Origin: an uncultured Gemmatimonadales bacterium | Lineage (GTDB): Bacteria > Gemmatimonadota > Gemmatimonadetes > Gemmatimonadales > GWC2-71-9 | Length of the DNA: 64,000 nucleotides | Direction of reading: 5' to 3' | NCBI GenBank assembly: GCA_963695555.1 | Contig: CAVOGR010000004.1 | Location: forward strand, 85,952 to 149,951 | Part shown: positions 31,242-41,060 of the stretch, piece after piece | Numbering within the stretch: position 1 is the stretch's first letter | How the letters are laid out: each line of letters starts with the position of its first letter | Notes under the pieces: model-generated | Databases searched by the model: none | Seen by the model: the letters and a program-made list of their open reading frames with translations, nothing else | What the model was told of the DNA's origin: nothing | Made by a program: the position numbers and the translations under genes

Positions 31242-33110
31242 CTAATACCCGACTGCTCCCTGGCTCCGGCTCTGCTGCCGCTCGGCTTCCGCCTCCAGCT
31301 GCGCCGCCGTTCGGTAGAGATCGTCCCGTCGGTCCACCACGTTGGCCGAAGCACGGAGCGCCGTCAAGTAGTTCCGCACCCGGTCTTGGCGCACCAATCG
31401 AACTTCCTGGGCCCGGTATTCATCGAGGGTCTTCACGAATTCAGCAGAATCGGCTGGGACGCTGCTGAGAACTCGGATGACATACAGGCCGTCGCTGGTG
31501 TCGAGGAGCCCGCTCCGCGTGCCTGGCGCCAGGCCGAACGCCGTTCCAACCAGGATCGGGTTCGGAAACGGCGGCCGGGTTCGGACGAAGGGCCCGACCT
31601 CGCGGTAGGGCAACCCCATCGCCTCGGCCGCTTGTGCCATGGACGCCCCACCGGTCAGCCGGTCCAGGTACTCCTGGCCTCGGGCCCGAGCGGCGTCCCA
31701 TTTCTTGAGCGATCGGACCTCCTGGGTGACGGCGGCCCGGACCGTGGGGTCGGTCAACGGCGGGACACCTTCGGGCTGCAAGCTGTCGAGCCGGAACAGA
31801 TAGAAATTCCGGGAGTCCTCGATGATGGGACTGACCTCACCCACCTGCGCCCGAAAGGCCCAGACGCCGGCGTCGGGCACGATCAGATTGCCAACCTGCA
31901 CCCTGCTCCCCGGTTGGAGTGGCGCTGCCGGATAGATCGGCAGGCCCAACGCCCGGGCCACGGTGTCCAACGCCGCCGGGTCCAGGCGCTCGGCCCCAAT
32001 CGCCTCCATCGAATCTGCCTGGGCATCGACCAAGTCGCGATGAGCGCCTGCCAGCTCGATGGGGATCAGGATATGTCGTCCCTCCGCGGTGTCGGCCCGG
32101 CGGGACGTGACCTCGATCACGTGGTACCCGAACTCGGTGAGCACCGGTTGGGAAAGGGTGTTGAGCCGCATGGCGAAGGCGGCTGAGTCGAACGCGGGGG
32201 TAAATGAGCCCCGGGTCCAGGAGCCGAGATCCCCACCGGCGTTGCCGGACACGGTATCCGCCGACTCCCGGCGGGCAACCTCCGCGAACGGCGTGCCGTC
32301 GAGAATCTCCTGCCGGGCCTGCTCCGCCCGGGCCAACGCCGTGGCGGTGTCGCTCGCGTTAGGCGCGCGCGGGAGGACCACGGCACTGAGATAGGCCGTC
32401 GTTGGCCGCGTCAGATCGTCCGCGTGGCTCCGGTAGTAGGCGGTAATCTCGTCGTCGGCCACCGCGACGGCCGAATCCGGGATCACCTGCCGAGGGATGA
32501 GTGCGGTGACGCCGATGGTTACCGCCTGATTCGCGTCGCGATAGCGCTCCCACAGCGCCGCGTCGGAAAGGTAGACGTCTGCGGTGACCAGACGGAGAAG
32601 TTTTGACCGCATGAGTTCACTGCGATACTGGGCTTCGAGCAGCGGGACGTACTGCATGCCCACGCTCGACGTGAGCCAGCGCTGGTACTTGGCCATGTCG
32701 AACCGGCCGTCGGTCTGAAAATCCGGTTGTTGCTGCAGCTCCGGCGGCGGCACATTCCGCAGGAAATCAGCCACTTCGCCGGGCGACACCGAAATCTTCC
32801 GTCGCGCGTATTCCGCGTTGAGCACGGTGTTCGAAACGAACTCCTCCCATACGTCGTCTCGAATCCGCTCGATGTCATCGAGGGTCAGCGTTTGTGGAGA
32901 CTGCTGCTGGACGAGTTGGATCCGGTCCTGCACGACCTGCTGGTACGTTCGCGTATCGATACTCCGGCCATTGACCTTCCCGACCGAGGTGCTCGAGACC
33001 CCGGCTCCGGAGCCGCCGCCAATGCCGCTGAGTTGGATCAGAAAGAGCACCATGAGCACCGCGAACACGATGGCGATGATCTTGGCGCTGCTGCGAAATG
33101 CTTGCATCAT
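31242..33110 (-). CDS. ppiD: Membrane-anchored parvulin PPIase/chaperone (PpiD-like)
   Basis: N-terminal TM, VGKVNG, FQTDGRFD, FAEVARRESAD..GGDLG, PVLTEFGYHVI. Confidence 0.85.
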   Translation of the reverse strand: MMQAFRSSAKIIAIVFAVLMVLFLIQLSGIGGGSGAGVSSTSVGKVNGRSIDTRTYQQVVQDRIQLVQQQSPQTLTLDDIERIRDDVWEEFVSNTVLNAEYARRKISVSPGEVADFLRNVPPPELQQQPDFQTDGRFDMAKYQRWLTSSVGMQYVPLLEAQYRSELMRSKLLRLVTADVYLSDAALWERYRDANQAVTIGVTALIPRQVIPDSAVAVADDEITAYYRSHADDLTRPTTAYLSAVVLPRAPNASDTATALARAEQARQEILDGTPFAEVARRESADTVSGNAGGDLGSWTRGSFTPAFDSAAFAMRLNTLSQPVLTEFGYHVIEVTSRRADTAEGRHILIPIELAGAHRDLVDAQADSMEAIGAERLDPAALDTVARALGLPIYPAAPLQPGSRVQVGNLIVPDAGVWAFRAQVGEVSPIIEDSRNFYLFRLDSLQPEGVPPLTDPTVRAAVTQEVRSLKKWDAARARGQEYLDRLTGGASMAQAAEAMGLPYREVGPFVRTRPPFPNPILVGTAFGLAPGTRSGLLDTSDGLYVIRVLSSVPADSAEFVKTLDEYRAQEVRLVRQDRVRNYLTALRASANVVDRRDDLYRTAAQLEAEAERQQSRSQGAVGY

Positions 33111-33207
33111 GGGACGTGACTCCGGGCCGGCTCAACAAAGGGTGGCGAAAGGCTGTAAGTGTAAGCCTGCCAACGCACAATCTCAAGCGGGCGGGCCGAG
33201 CGGATAG

Positions 33208-33236
33208 TTGACATGGTTTGGTACGGATACTACTGT
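33208..33236 (+). promoter_or_regulatory. Sigma70-like promoter for the TPR-aroQ-efp-acc run
   Basis: TTGACA-N17-TACTGT. Confidence 0.6.
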
Positions 33237-33276
33237 TTGGCGAACTCCTGCAACAACTTACGCCACGGGATCTCGG

Positions 33277-35190
33277 ATGGCCGCGACTCGCGAACTCGAT
33301 AAGCTCGAACGCCAGTACCAGGAGAACCCAGAAGGCACCGCCTTCGCTCCCCTCGCGAACGCTCACCGCAAACTTGGAAACATCGAGCGGGCGCTCGATA
33401 TCCTGCAGGGTGGGCTGTTCCACCACCCCGACTATGCTCCCGCTCGGATCGTGTTGGGCCGTTGCTATCTGGATCAGGGCCATGACGATGCGGCAGAGCG
33501 TGAGTTCGGCCGCGTGCTCGACCGCGACCAGGAAAACGTCATCGCCCTCCAGGCCCTCGCCGACATCGCCGAGCGGACGGCGCGCCTCGATGAGGCGGAA
33601 CGGTGGCTGACCATCCTCCTCGGCATCGACCAGGGCAACGCGGCCGCGCGCGAACAGCTGGCACGTGTTGCGGCCGGGGCGGGGCCGGACGTGAGCGCCG
33701 AGCCGGCGTGGTCTTCCGCTGAGGAGGATGCGGAGTCGTCAGACGGCGAATCTCTCGATCGCACTGAAGCTGGCTACGACGACGCGTCTGACATCGTCGG
33801 TCCGCTGGAGGGTCTCGAGGTGCCGCGGTCTTTCGCTCTGGAGGAGGATACAGAGCTGTCAAACGGCGAATCTCTCGAGCGCGTTGAAGCTGGCTACGAC
33901 GACGCGTCTGACAGCGTCGGCCCGCTGGAGGGTCTCGAGCTTGCCGAGTCTTTCGACTCAGAGGTGGCCGATGAGGAGGTCGAGGAGCTCGATATCGTCG
34001 GCCGCGGCATCGAGTTGGAGCCGGTCGAAGGGCCAGCCGACCTCGAGCGCTTGGAACCAGGAGACCAGACGGGTGTGGAGGAAGCGGAAGCGAGTCCGGA
34101 GGAAACCGAGCCAGCGGAGCAGGAATCCGAGTGGCTTCGACCACGTATGCCAGAAGCAATGAGTAGCCTGAGTGCCTGGGATGTCGAAGGCGAGGAATCT
34201 GCCGACGAGGAGTCCACGGTGCTCGACGACGCGGTGGATGAGACCGCGGTGGTGGCCGGGCCCGAGTCGATCACGGCCGATGTGGAAGGCGGGCTCGCGT
34301 GGGAGCCCGAGTCCGACCTCGACGTCGAAGAAGAGGAGGGGGAGCAGGAAGGTGATGAAACGCCGGCGGCGTTTGCGGAGCTGGATTCGCTAACCGGCTT
34401 CGAGGAGTCATTGACCGACGAGCGCATCCCGGAGGAGGAGCGAGCCGGTGCGGCCGAGCTTCCGGCCTTCGAGGAAACGGCTCCGCTGGACGGCTACGAG
34501 ATGGCCTGGGACGAGGGGCCGGCCGAGACGACCGAGGGGGTGACGGACGGCGCCGAACCGGAGCCAGAGCCGGTGGCAACGGAGACCATGGCCGAGCTCT
34601 ATCTCAGCCAAGGACACCGGGTCGAGGCGCTCGGCATCTACCGCACACTGTTAGCCCGGCAACCCGATAACCTCCGGTTGAAGGAGAAGGTCGCTGTGCT
34701 GGAAGAGGAAGGAAAGCGGCCGGCGGCCAGTCCGGTCGGCGGCTCGAGCGAGTTTGCCGGGACGTCACGCGGTGGCCAGAGTGTCTCGGATTTTTTCCGG
34801 GTGCTGCTCGCATCTCGACCCGACTCCGAACCGCCGGCGGACGCAGAGCGTCAGCCGACCGAATCCAGCGCCCCCACCGGAGAGGCTCGAGCCAGCGATC
34901 TCCGGGGGCCCTCCGAGAGCGGATCCGTTGGAGAGCCCACTCGCCCCGCGCACGATCGTCTGCTGTTGAGCTCGGTGTTCGGCGAGGATGCATCCCCGGT
35001 GCCGCCTGCGGTGCGGGGCCCCGGTGGGCGCGGGATGTCCGGAACGACCGGTCGCTTCTCCTTCGACGCCTTCTTTGGTGGCCAGCGGGGTGAGAGCGTG
35101 CAGCCGCCTGAGGTGGGTGCGGGAGGTACCCGGATCGAGGAGGAGGACCTGGACCAATTCCAGGCCTGGTTGCAGAGCCTCAAGGGCTAG
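33277..35190 (+). CDS. TPR protein with acidic linker and internal 40-aa tandem repeat
   Basis: FAPLANAHRKLG...ARIVLGRCYLD TPRs; acidic linker; TETMAELYLSQG TPR; C-terminal DLDQFQAWLQSLK. Confidence 0.82.
   Translation: MAATRELDKLERQYQENPEGTAFAPLANAHRKLGNIERALDILQGGLFHHPDYAPARIVLGRCYLDQGHDDAAEREFGRVLDRDQENVIALQALADIAERTARLDEAERWLTILLGIDQGNAAAREQLARVAAGAGPDVSAEPAWSSAEEDAESSDGESLDRTEAGYDDASDIVGPLEGLEVPRSFALEEDTELSNGESLERVEAGYDDASDSVGPLEGLELAESFDSEVADEEVEELDIVGRGIELEPVEGPADLERLEPGDQTGVEEAEASPEETEPAEQESEWLRPRMPEAMSSLSAWDVEGEESADEESTVLDDAVDETAVVAGPESITADVEGGLAWEPESDLDVEEEEGEQEGDETPAAFAELDSLTGFEESLTDERIPEEERAGAAELPAFEETAPLDGYEMAWDEGPAETTEGVTDGAEPEPEPVATETMAELYLSQGHRVEALGIYRTLLARQPDNLRLKEKVAVLEEEGKRPAASPVGGSSEFAGTSRGGQSVSDFFRVLLASRPDSEPPADAERQPTESSAPTGEARASDLRGPSESGSVGEPTRPAHDRLLLSSVFGEDASPVPPAVRGPGGRGMSGTTGRFSFDAFFGGQRGESVQPPEVGAGGTRIEEEDLDQFQAWLQSLKG
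33721..33960 (+). repeat. 120-bp in-frame tandem duplication
   Basis: GAGGAGGAT...ACGGCGAATCTCTCGA...TGAAGCTGGCTACGACGACGCGTCTGACA.CGTCGG.CCGCTGGAGGGTCTCGAG occurs starting at 33721 and again at 33841. Confidence 0.9.
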
Positions 35191-35628
35191 ATGCGCATCG
35201 CTGTCCTCAATGGTCCAAATCTCAACCTGTTGGGCGATCGTGAGCCGGACGTGTATGGCCGGGTCACGCTTATTGAGATCGAACGCAGCATGCGGGCCCG
35301 GGCCGAGGAATTGGAGACCCAACTCGAGTGGGTGCAGAGCAACCATGAAGGGGAGTTAGTTGACCTTGTGCAGCGACTCCCCGAGCGGGCCGACGGCGCG
35401 ATCGTCAACGCAGCGGGCCTGACCCACACCAGTGTCGCGCTTCGGGACGCGTTGGTTGGATCGCGGCTCCCCTTTATCGAGGTTCACCTGTCCAACATTT
35501 TCGCGCGCGAGGAATTCCGCCGCCGGTCGCTGTTGGCCGACGTGGCGGTGGGTGTAGTGGCCGGACTTGGTGCGGGCGGGTATGTGTGCGCGCTGAATGC
35601 GCTCGTTCAGCGATTGCGTGACGCCTGA
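35191..35628 (+). CDS. aroQ: Type II 3-dehydroquinate dehydratase
   Basis: LNGPNLNLLGDREPDVYG, QSNHEG, THTSVALRDA, EVHLSN. Confidence 0.96.
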   Translation: MRIAVLNGPNLNLLGDREPDVYGRVTLIEIERSMRARAEELETQLEWVQSNHEGELVDLVQRLPERADGAIVNAAGLTHTSVALRDALVGSRLPFIEVHLSNIFAREEFRRRSLLADVAVGVVAGLGAGGYVCALNALVQRLRDA

Positions 35629-36706
35629 TCGGTGCGGTGAGCGACAACGGGCGCTCCGGCAGCGGATGGCGGGAGAGACGCTGGACGCCCTCCTCGTCAC
35701 GCACTTACCGAACATCCGATACCTGACGGGCTTCACCGGTTCGGCGGCTCTCGCCTTCATCACGACCCAACAGCTCTTCCTGGTCACCGATTCGCGGTAC
35801 GCCGTGCAAGCGCCGGCGGAGGTCAAGGCTGCCGCCGAGGTGCTGATCGATCCGGTGAACGTATGGTCGCGGCTGGCCAGCCTCCTGGCGCAGCACAGTC
35901 ACGGACGAGTCGGGATCGAGGCCCACGCGCTCACGGTGCGGGACGCGACCCGCGTCGAGCGCGACTTCCGCGGCGACGTGATCCCGGTGGTGGATCTGGT
36001 AGAGGACCTGCGTGTCGTCAAGTCGCCCGACGAGGTCGAAGCCATCCGTCAGGCGGCGGCGCTGGCCGAGGAGGCCTTGGCCGAGACCTTACGCGCAGTG
36101 CGGGTGGGGTCGAGCGAGTTGGCGATCGCGTCCGACCTGGAAGGGGCACTTCGGCGAAGGGGCAGCGAGTGGCACCCGTTTCCGACCATCGTTGCCTCGG
36201 GGCCCCGGTCGGCCTTGCCGCACGCCCGCACCGGCCGTCGTGTGCTCGAAGCCGGCGATCTGCTCCTGGTTGACTTCGGTGCGCAGGTGGACGGATACTG
36301 TTCGGACCTCACGCGGTGCTATGTCGTCGGGGCCCACGCGGATGAGCGTCAGCGGATGGTCTACGACTTGGTCCTCGAGGCCCAGCGCCGGGCGTTGCGG
36401 CACCTCAGAGCCGGTATGACCGGGGCAGAGGGCGACGCATTGGCGCGGCAAGTGATCCAACGGCGTGGTTTCGGCGATGCCTTCGGACACGCACTCGGGC
36501 ATGGGCTGGGCCTGGAAGTCCACGAGGCACCACGACTTGCGTCCAGCTCAGACCACCCCATTCCGGCCCACGCAGTAGTCACGGTGGAGCCGGGTATCTA
36601 TCTTGGAGGGTGGGGTGGGGTCAGGTTGGAGGACGATCTCTACCTTGGCCCGGACGGTCCGGAATGCCTCTCGACCCCGGCCGCGGAACTCATCGAACTC
36701 ACGTAG
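35618..36706 (+). CDS. Xaa-Pro peptidase (M24B)
   Basis: [15 protein letters not shown]...[33 protein letters not shown]; upstream of efp. Confidence 0.92.
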   Translation: MTPDRCGERQRALRQRMAGETLDALLVTHLPNIRYLTGFTGSAALAFITTQQLFLVTDSRYAVQAPAEVKAAAEVLIDPVNVWSRLASLLAQHSHGRVGIEAHALTVRDATRVERDFRGDVIPVVDLVEDLRVVKSPDEVEAIRQAAALAEEALAETLRAVRVGSSELAIASDLEGALRRRGSEWHPFPTIVASGPRSALPHARTGRRVLEAGDLLLVDFGAQVDGYCSDLTRCYVVGAHADERQRMVYDLVLEAQRRALRHLRAGMTGAEGDALARQVIQRRGFGDAFGHALGHGLGLEVHEAPRLASSSDHPIPAHAVVTVEPGIYLGGWGGVRLEDDLYLGPDGPECLSTPAAELIELT

Positions 36707-36714
36707 GAGAAGGT

Positions 36715-37276
36715 GTGGCAACCACTTCGGATTTCCGAACTGGCATGGTGCTCGAAATCGACGGCCAGCTCTTTCAAATGACCTACTTCCAGCATGTGAA
36801 GCCGGGCAAGGGCGGTGCCTTTGTGCGGACCAAGCTGCAAGAACGTCATGACCGGCGCGGTGATCGACCGCACCTGGAACGCGGGAGAGCGCGTCAAGGA
36901 CGTTCGGTTAGAGCGACGGCGGATCCAATTCTCCTATGCCGACGGACATTTCTATCATTTTACTGGACATGCAGACCTTCGACGATATCATGATCACCGA
37001 TGCGGTGCTGGGCGAGGATCAGCAGAAGTACCTCAAGGAGGGGATGGAATGTGAGGGGCTGGTCCACGACGGCACGGTGCTCATGATCGAGCTTCCACCT
37101 TCGTGGAGCTGACCGTGACCAAGACCGACCCAGGCATTCGGGGCGACACCGCGACCGGCGGCACCAAACCGGCTACGCTCGAGACCGGGGCCATCGTTCA
37201 AGTCCCGCTCTTCATCGAGGAAGGCCAGGTCATCCGGGTCGATCGCCGCGAAGACAAATACCTGACGCGCGTATGA
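36715..37276 (+). CDS. efp: Elongation factor P, with about 3 apparent indels (probable sequence errors)
   Basis: [15 protein letters not shown], then in shifted frames [40 protein letters not shown]; shifts near 36836, 36962 and 37098. Confidence 0.93.
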
Positions 37277-37794
37277 CAGTCAATGAAATGCAGGATCTCG
37301 CCCGGCTGCTGCAGAACGTTCCGGGAATCAAGTCGGTCGACCTGGGCGACGTAAAGCGGTTGGTCAAACTGCTCCGCGATTCCCCGGAAGTCGGCTCGAT
37401 TGAAGTGAAGGGGTGGTTCGGAACAGGGGTCGTGGTGACGCGGGCGGGATCGGGTGCGGTAACTGCCAACGCCGCGCCACCGACCGCCGTCCCTCCGGCG
37501 CCAGCCGCCGCGCCGGCCGCGCCGGCGCCGTCCCCCGCGGCGGCCTCGCCCCTGAAGGAGATCACCTCGCCCATGGTTGGTACGTTTTACCGTGCTCCGG
37601 AGCCTGGGGCGGAGCCGTACGTATCCGCCGGCGCCCGGGTGACCATGGGGCAGACGGTGTGCATCATCGAAGCCATGAAGATCATGAACGAAATCGAGGC
37701 GGAGATCGCTGGCGTGATTCGCGAGATTTGCGTCGAAGACACGCAGGCCGTGGAGTATGGGCAAGTCCTCTTCCGGGTGGATCCCAATGGCTGA
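37273..37794 (+). CDS. accB: Biotin carboxyl carrier protein
   Basis: [27 protein letters not shown]; Ala/Pro linker. Confidence 0.95.
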   Translation: MTVNEMQDLARLLQNVPGIKSVDLGDVKRLVKLLRDSPEVGSIEVKGWFGTGVVVTRAGSGAVTANAAPPTAVPPAPAAAPAAPAPSPAAASPLKEITSPMVGTFYRAPEPGAEPYVSAGARVTMGQTVCIIEAMKIMNEIEAEIAGVIREICVEDTQAVEYGQVLFRVDPNG

Positions 37795-38956
37795 TCCGAC
37801 ATCTAAGGCGGGCACCGTGCGCCCGTTTAATTTCAAGCAGTCCATCGTCGAGATGGTTCAGCGCAACGGGTCCGATCTGCTGCTGAAGGTCGGCCGTGCC
37901 CCGACCGTGCGGGTCAACGGCGAGCTGGCCAATCTGGAGATGGCGCCGCTCAGGCCCGAGGACCTGAAGCAGCTCGCGGAGCAGATCATGACTCCGCGGC
38001 AGGTCAAGGAGTTCGCCGACCGGAAGGAGGCGGATTTCGCCATCGGCGTGCCTGGCGTGGGCCGGTTCCGCACCAATATCTACCAACAACGCGGCACGTT
38101 GGCGTTCGCGTTCCGCGCGATTCCCTATGAGGTCAAGAGCATCCAGGAGTTGAACCTTCCGAAGGTCTTGGAAGACATCTCGCTCCGGCCGCGGGGCCTC
38201 GTGCTGGTCACCGGCATTACCGGATCCGGCAAATCAACCGCCCTGGCCGCGATGATCGACCATGTCAACCAGCACCGTCGCGTCAACATTATCGCGATCG
38301 AGGATCCGATCGAATTTCTGCACCGAGACGTGAAAGCCAACATTTCACAGCGCGAAGTCGGCAGCGACACCTTGTCGTTCGGATCCGCGCTGCGGCACGT
38401 ACTGCGCCAAGACCCGGACGTGATTCTGATCGGAGAAATCCGCGATATCGAGACGCTCGATACGGCTCTCAAGGCGGCGGATACCGGACACCTGGTCTTC
38501 TCCACGCTGCACACGACCGATGCGACTCAGACTATCAACCGGGTGATTTCGTTTTATCCGCCACACCAGCATCAAGAAGTGCGGTCCTTGCTCTCCACCG
38601 CGCTGGCCGCGGTGGTGTCCCTCCGGCTGGTGCCGCGGGCGGACGGGAACGGGCGAGTCCCCGCCTCGGAAGTGTTGATCAATACCGCGGCGGTGGCCGA
38701 CAACATCCGGGACATGGACAGGGCCCTGAACATTCCGGATTTGATCGCGGAGGGCACCGTCTCATACGGCATGCAATCCTTCGACCAGTCCCTCATGCGT
38801 TGGTTTAAGGAGGAAGCCGTCTCGTACGAGAGCGCTCTCTTCTATTCGACCAACCCGAGTGAGTTTGCGTTGCGTGCCTCCGGTGTGAGCTCGGCTTCAG
38901 ATCACCGGCTGGGTGGGGCGACCGGCTCGGAGATGCCGGCCGGCCTGAACCCGTAA
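37787..38956 (+). CDS. pilT: PilT/PilU-family type IV pilus retraction ATPase
   Basis: [55 protein letters not shown]. Confidence 0.9.
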   Translation: MADPTSKAGTVRPFNFKQSIVEMVQRNGSDLLLKVGRAPTVRVNGELANLEMAPLRPEDLKQLAEQIMTPRQVKEFADRKEADFAIGVPGVGRFRTNIYQQRGTLAFAFRAIPYEVKSIQELNLPKVLEDISLRPRGLVLVTGITGSGKSTALAAMIDHVNQHRRVNIIAIEDPIEFLHRDVKANISQREVGSDTLSFGSALRHVLRQDPDVILIGEIRDIETLDTALKAADTGHLVFSTLHTTDATQTINRVISFYPPHQHQEVRSLLSTALAAVVSLRLVPRADGNGRVPASEVLINTAAVADNIRDMDRALNIPDLIAEGTVSYGMQSFDQSLMRWFKEEAVSYESALFYSTNPSEFALRASGVSSASDHRLGGATGSEMPAGLNP

Positions 38957-40314
38957 TGTTCAAGAAAGTCCTGATCGCCAACCGCGGGGAGATCGCCCTG
39001 CGGGTCATCCGGGCGTGTCGGGAGTTGGGTATCCAGACCGTCGCGGTCTACAGTGAAGCGGACCGGGAGTCGCTCCACGTCAGGTTCGCCGACGATGACG
39101 TCTGCATCGGCCCGCCTCCGTCACGGCTCTCCTACCTCAAGATTCCGCACATCATCGCCGCCGCCGAGTTGACCGGCGCCGACGCCATCCACCCCGGCTA
39201 CGGGTTCTTAGCCGAGAACGCCGAGTTCGCCGACATCTGCAAGGCGTCGAACATCACGTTCATCGGCCCGACGGGAGATCAGATCCGACAGATGGGCGAC
39301 AAGGCCACGGCCCGACGCCTGGCTCAGGAAGCCGGGGTGTCCACCGTGCCCGGATCGCAAGGCACCATCGAGGAACTCGATGACGCGCTGGAGGTGGCGA
39401 CGGAGATCGGGTATCCCGTCATCATCAAGGCCACCGCCGGTGGCGGCGGCAAGGGCATGCGCATCGCCCGAGATCCCGACCAGTTCGCCCAGGTATTCAC
39501 GCTGGCCCAAAACGAGGCCCTGTCGGCCTTCGGCAATGGGAGTGTGTACGTCGAGCGATTCCTGGGTGCCCCGCGGCATGTAGAGATCCAGATCCTCGGC
39601 GACTCGCACGGCACCGTCGTCCACCTCGGCGAGCGTGATTGTTCCGTGCAGCGACGGCATCAGAAGCTGATCGAAGAAAGCCCAAGCCCCGCCGTCGACG
39701 CGGCCACCCGAGAAGCAATGGGCAATGCCGCGGTGCGCCTTGCCGCAGCCATCGGGTACGTCGGGGCCGGCACCATCGAGTTTCTCATGGACCCCGACGG
39801 CCATTACTACTTCATGGAGATGAACACCCGCATTCAGGTTGAACACCCCGTTACGGAGATGGTTACCAGCTTCGATATCGTGAAGGAGCAGATCCGGATT
39901 GCCGCGGGAAACAAACTTGGGTTCCGGGGCGACGGACGCCGCCTGCGAGGCCATGCCATTGAGTGCCGGATCAACGCGGAAGACCCGGCACGGAACTTCC
40001 AACCGAGCCCCGGTCTCATCACGGCCTTCCACCCCCCTGGTGGCCCCGGCATCCGGGTGGATACCCACGTCTATGCCGGCTACACCGTCCCACCCTACTA
40101 CGATTCCCTGATCGCCAAGCTGATCGTCCACGGCAACGACAGGGAAGAGGCCCTGCTCCGGATGGGCCAGGCGCTCGATAGCTTCATCATCGAGGGCCCC
40201 ACCACCACGATCCCATTCCTGGCTCGCGTGCTCCGGCACCCGGATTTCGTTGCGGGAAGGATCGACACGAACTTCCTCGAGCGTGAACCCGGCCTCCTGC
40301 GTCCGGAGGCATGA
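38956..40314 (+). CDS. accC: Acetyl-CoA carboxylase biotin carboxylase subunit
   Basis: [51 protein letters not shown]. Confidence 0.97.
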   Translation: MFKKVLIANRGEIALRVIRACRELGIQTVAVYSEADRESLHVRFADDDVCIGPPPSRLSYLKIPHIIAAAELTGADAIHPGYGFLAENAEFADICKASNITFIGPTGDQIRQMGDKATARRLAQEAGVSTVPGSQGTIEELDDALEVATEIGYPVIIKATAGGGGKGMRIARDPDQFAQVFTLAQNEALSAFGNGSVYVERFLGAPRHVEIQILGDSHGTVVHLGERDCSVQRRHQKLIEESPSPAVDAATREAMGNAAVRLAAAIGYVGAGTIEFLMDPDGHYYFMEMNTRIQVEHPVTEMVTSFDIVKEQIRIAAGNKLGFRGDGRRLRGHAIECRINAEDPARNFQPSPGLITAFHPPGGPGIRVDTHVYAGYTVPPYYDSLIAKLIVHGNDREEALLRMGQALDSFIIEGPTTTIPFLARVLRHPDFVAGRIDTNFLEREPGLLRPEA

Positions 40315-41060
40315 GCTTCGACGTTCTGTTCTCTCCCCGCGCCGTGGGACCGGACGACCTGGCGGGGCGGACGGTGATCGTTATCGATATCCTGCGGGCG
40401 ACCACCACAATGTGTGCCGCCCTCCATCACGGTGCGCGGGCGATCATCCCGACGGCCTCGCCGGACGAGGCCAGAGCCGTTGCGAGGACCATGGGGACCG
40501 ACGCAGTCGTGTTGGCCGGGGAGCGCAACGCCATGCCCATTCCCGGTTTCGACCTTGGGAACAGCCCCCGTGGAATGACGCCGGAACGAGTCCGCGACAA
40601 GACGGTGGTGCTCTCTACCACCAACGGGACCAAAGCCCTGCTGAGCGCCCAATCGGCCATGGCGGTCTACCCCGGGGCGGCCTGCAATCTTAGTTTGCTC
40701 GCAGCGCTGGGCCGCGCCACCCTCGAAGCGGAGGGATCGCTCCTGGTCCTGTGCGCCGGCCGTGCCGGGAAGTTCGGGTTGGATGACGCCTATTGCGCGG
40801 GACGCCTCGTGACGGCGGTCCTCGAGCAGGCAGACCCTGGTGTCCACGATGTGCTCAGCGACAGCGCGCGCGCGGCCGTCGAGATCGCGCGAGGCCTTGG
40901 CCAGCGCTGGGACATCCCGCTCAGGCTGAGCATGGCCGGGCAGGACCTCCAGCGACTCGGCTTTGGTGCCGACATCGACGACGCAGCACGAGAAGATGTG
41001 TTCCCATCTCTCATCAGGTTCCACGATGGCCAAGTCGCCCGCCACGCGGAGACAACGTGA
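40311..41060 (+). CDS. 2-phosphosulfolactate phosphatase (ComB) family protein
   Basis: [35 protein letters not shown]. Confidence 0.9.
   Translation: MSFDVLFSPRAVGPDDLAGRTVIVIDILRATTTMCAALHHGARAIIPTASPDEARAVARTMGTDAVVLAGERNAMPIPGFDLGNSPRGMTPERVRDKTVVLSTTNGTKALLSAQSAMAVYPGAACNLSLLAALGRATLEAEGSLLVLCAGRAGKFGLDDAYCAGRLVTAVLEQADPGVHDVLSDSARAAVEIARGLGQRWDIPLRLSMAGQDLQRLGFGADIDDAAREDVFPSLIRFHDGQVARHAETT

Noticed and set aside
40311..41060. ComB-family gene as evidence of coenzyme M synthesis
   Set aside because: ComB homologues are widespread in bacteria, and no other CoM genes are in the window.
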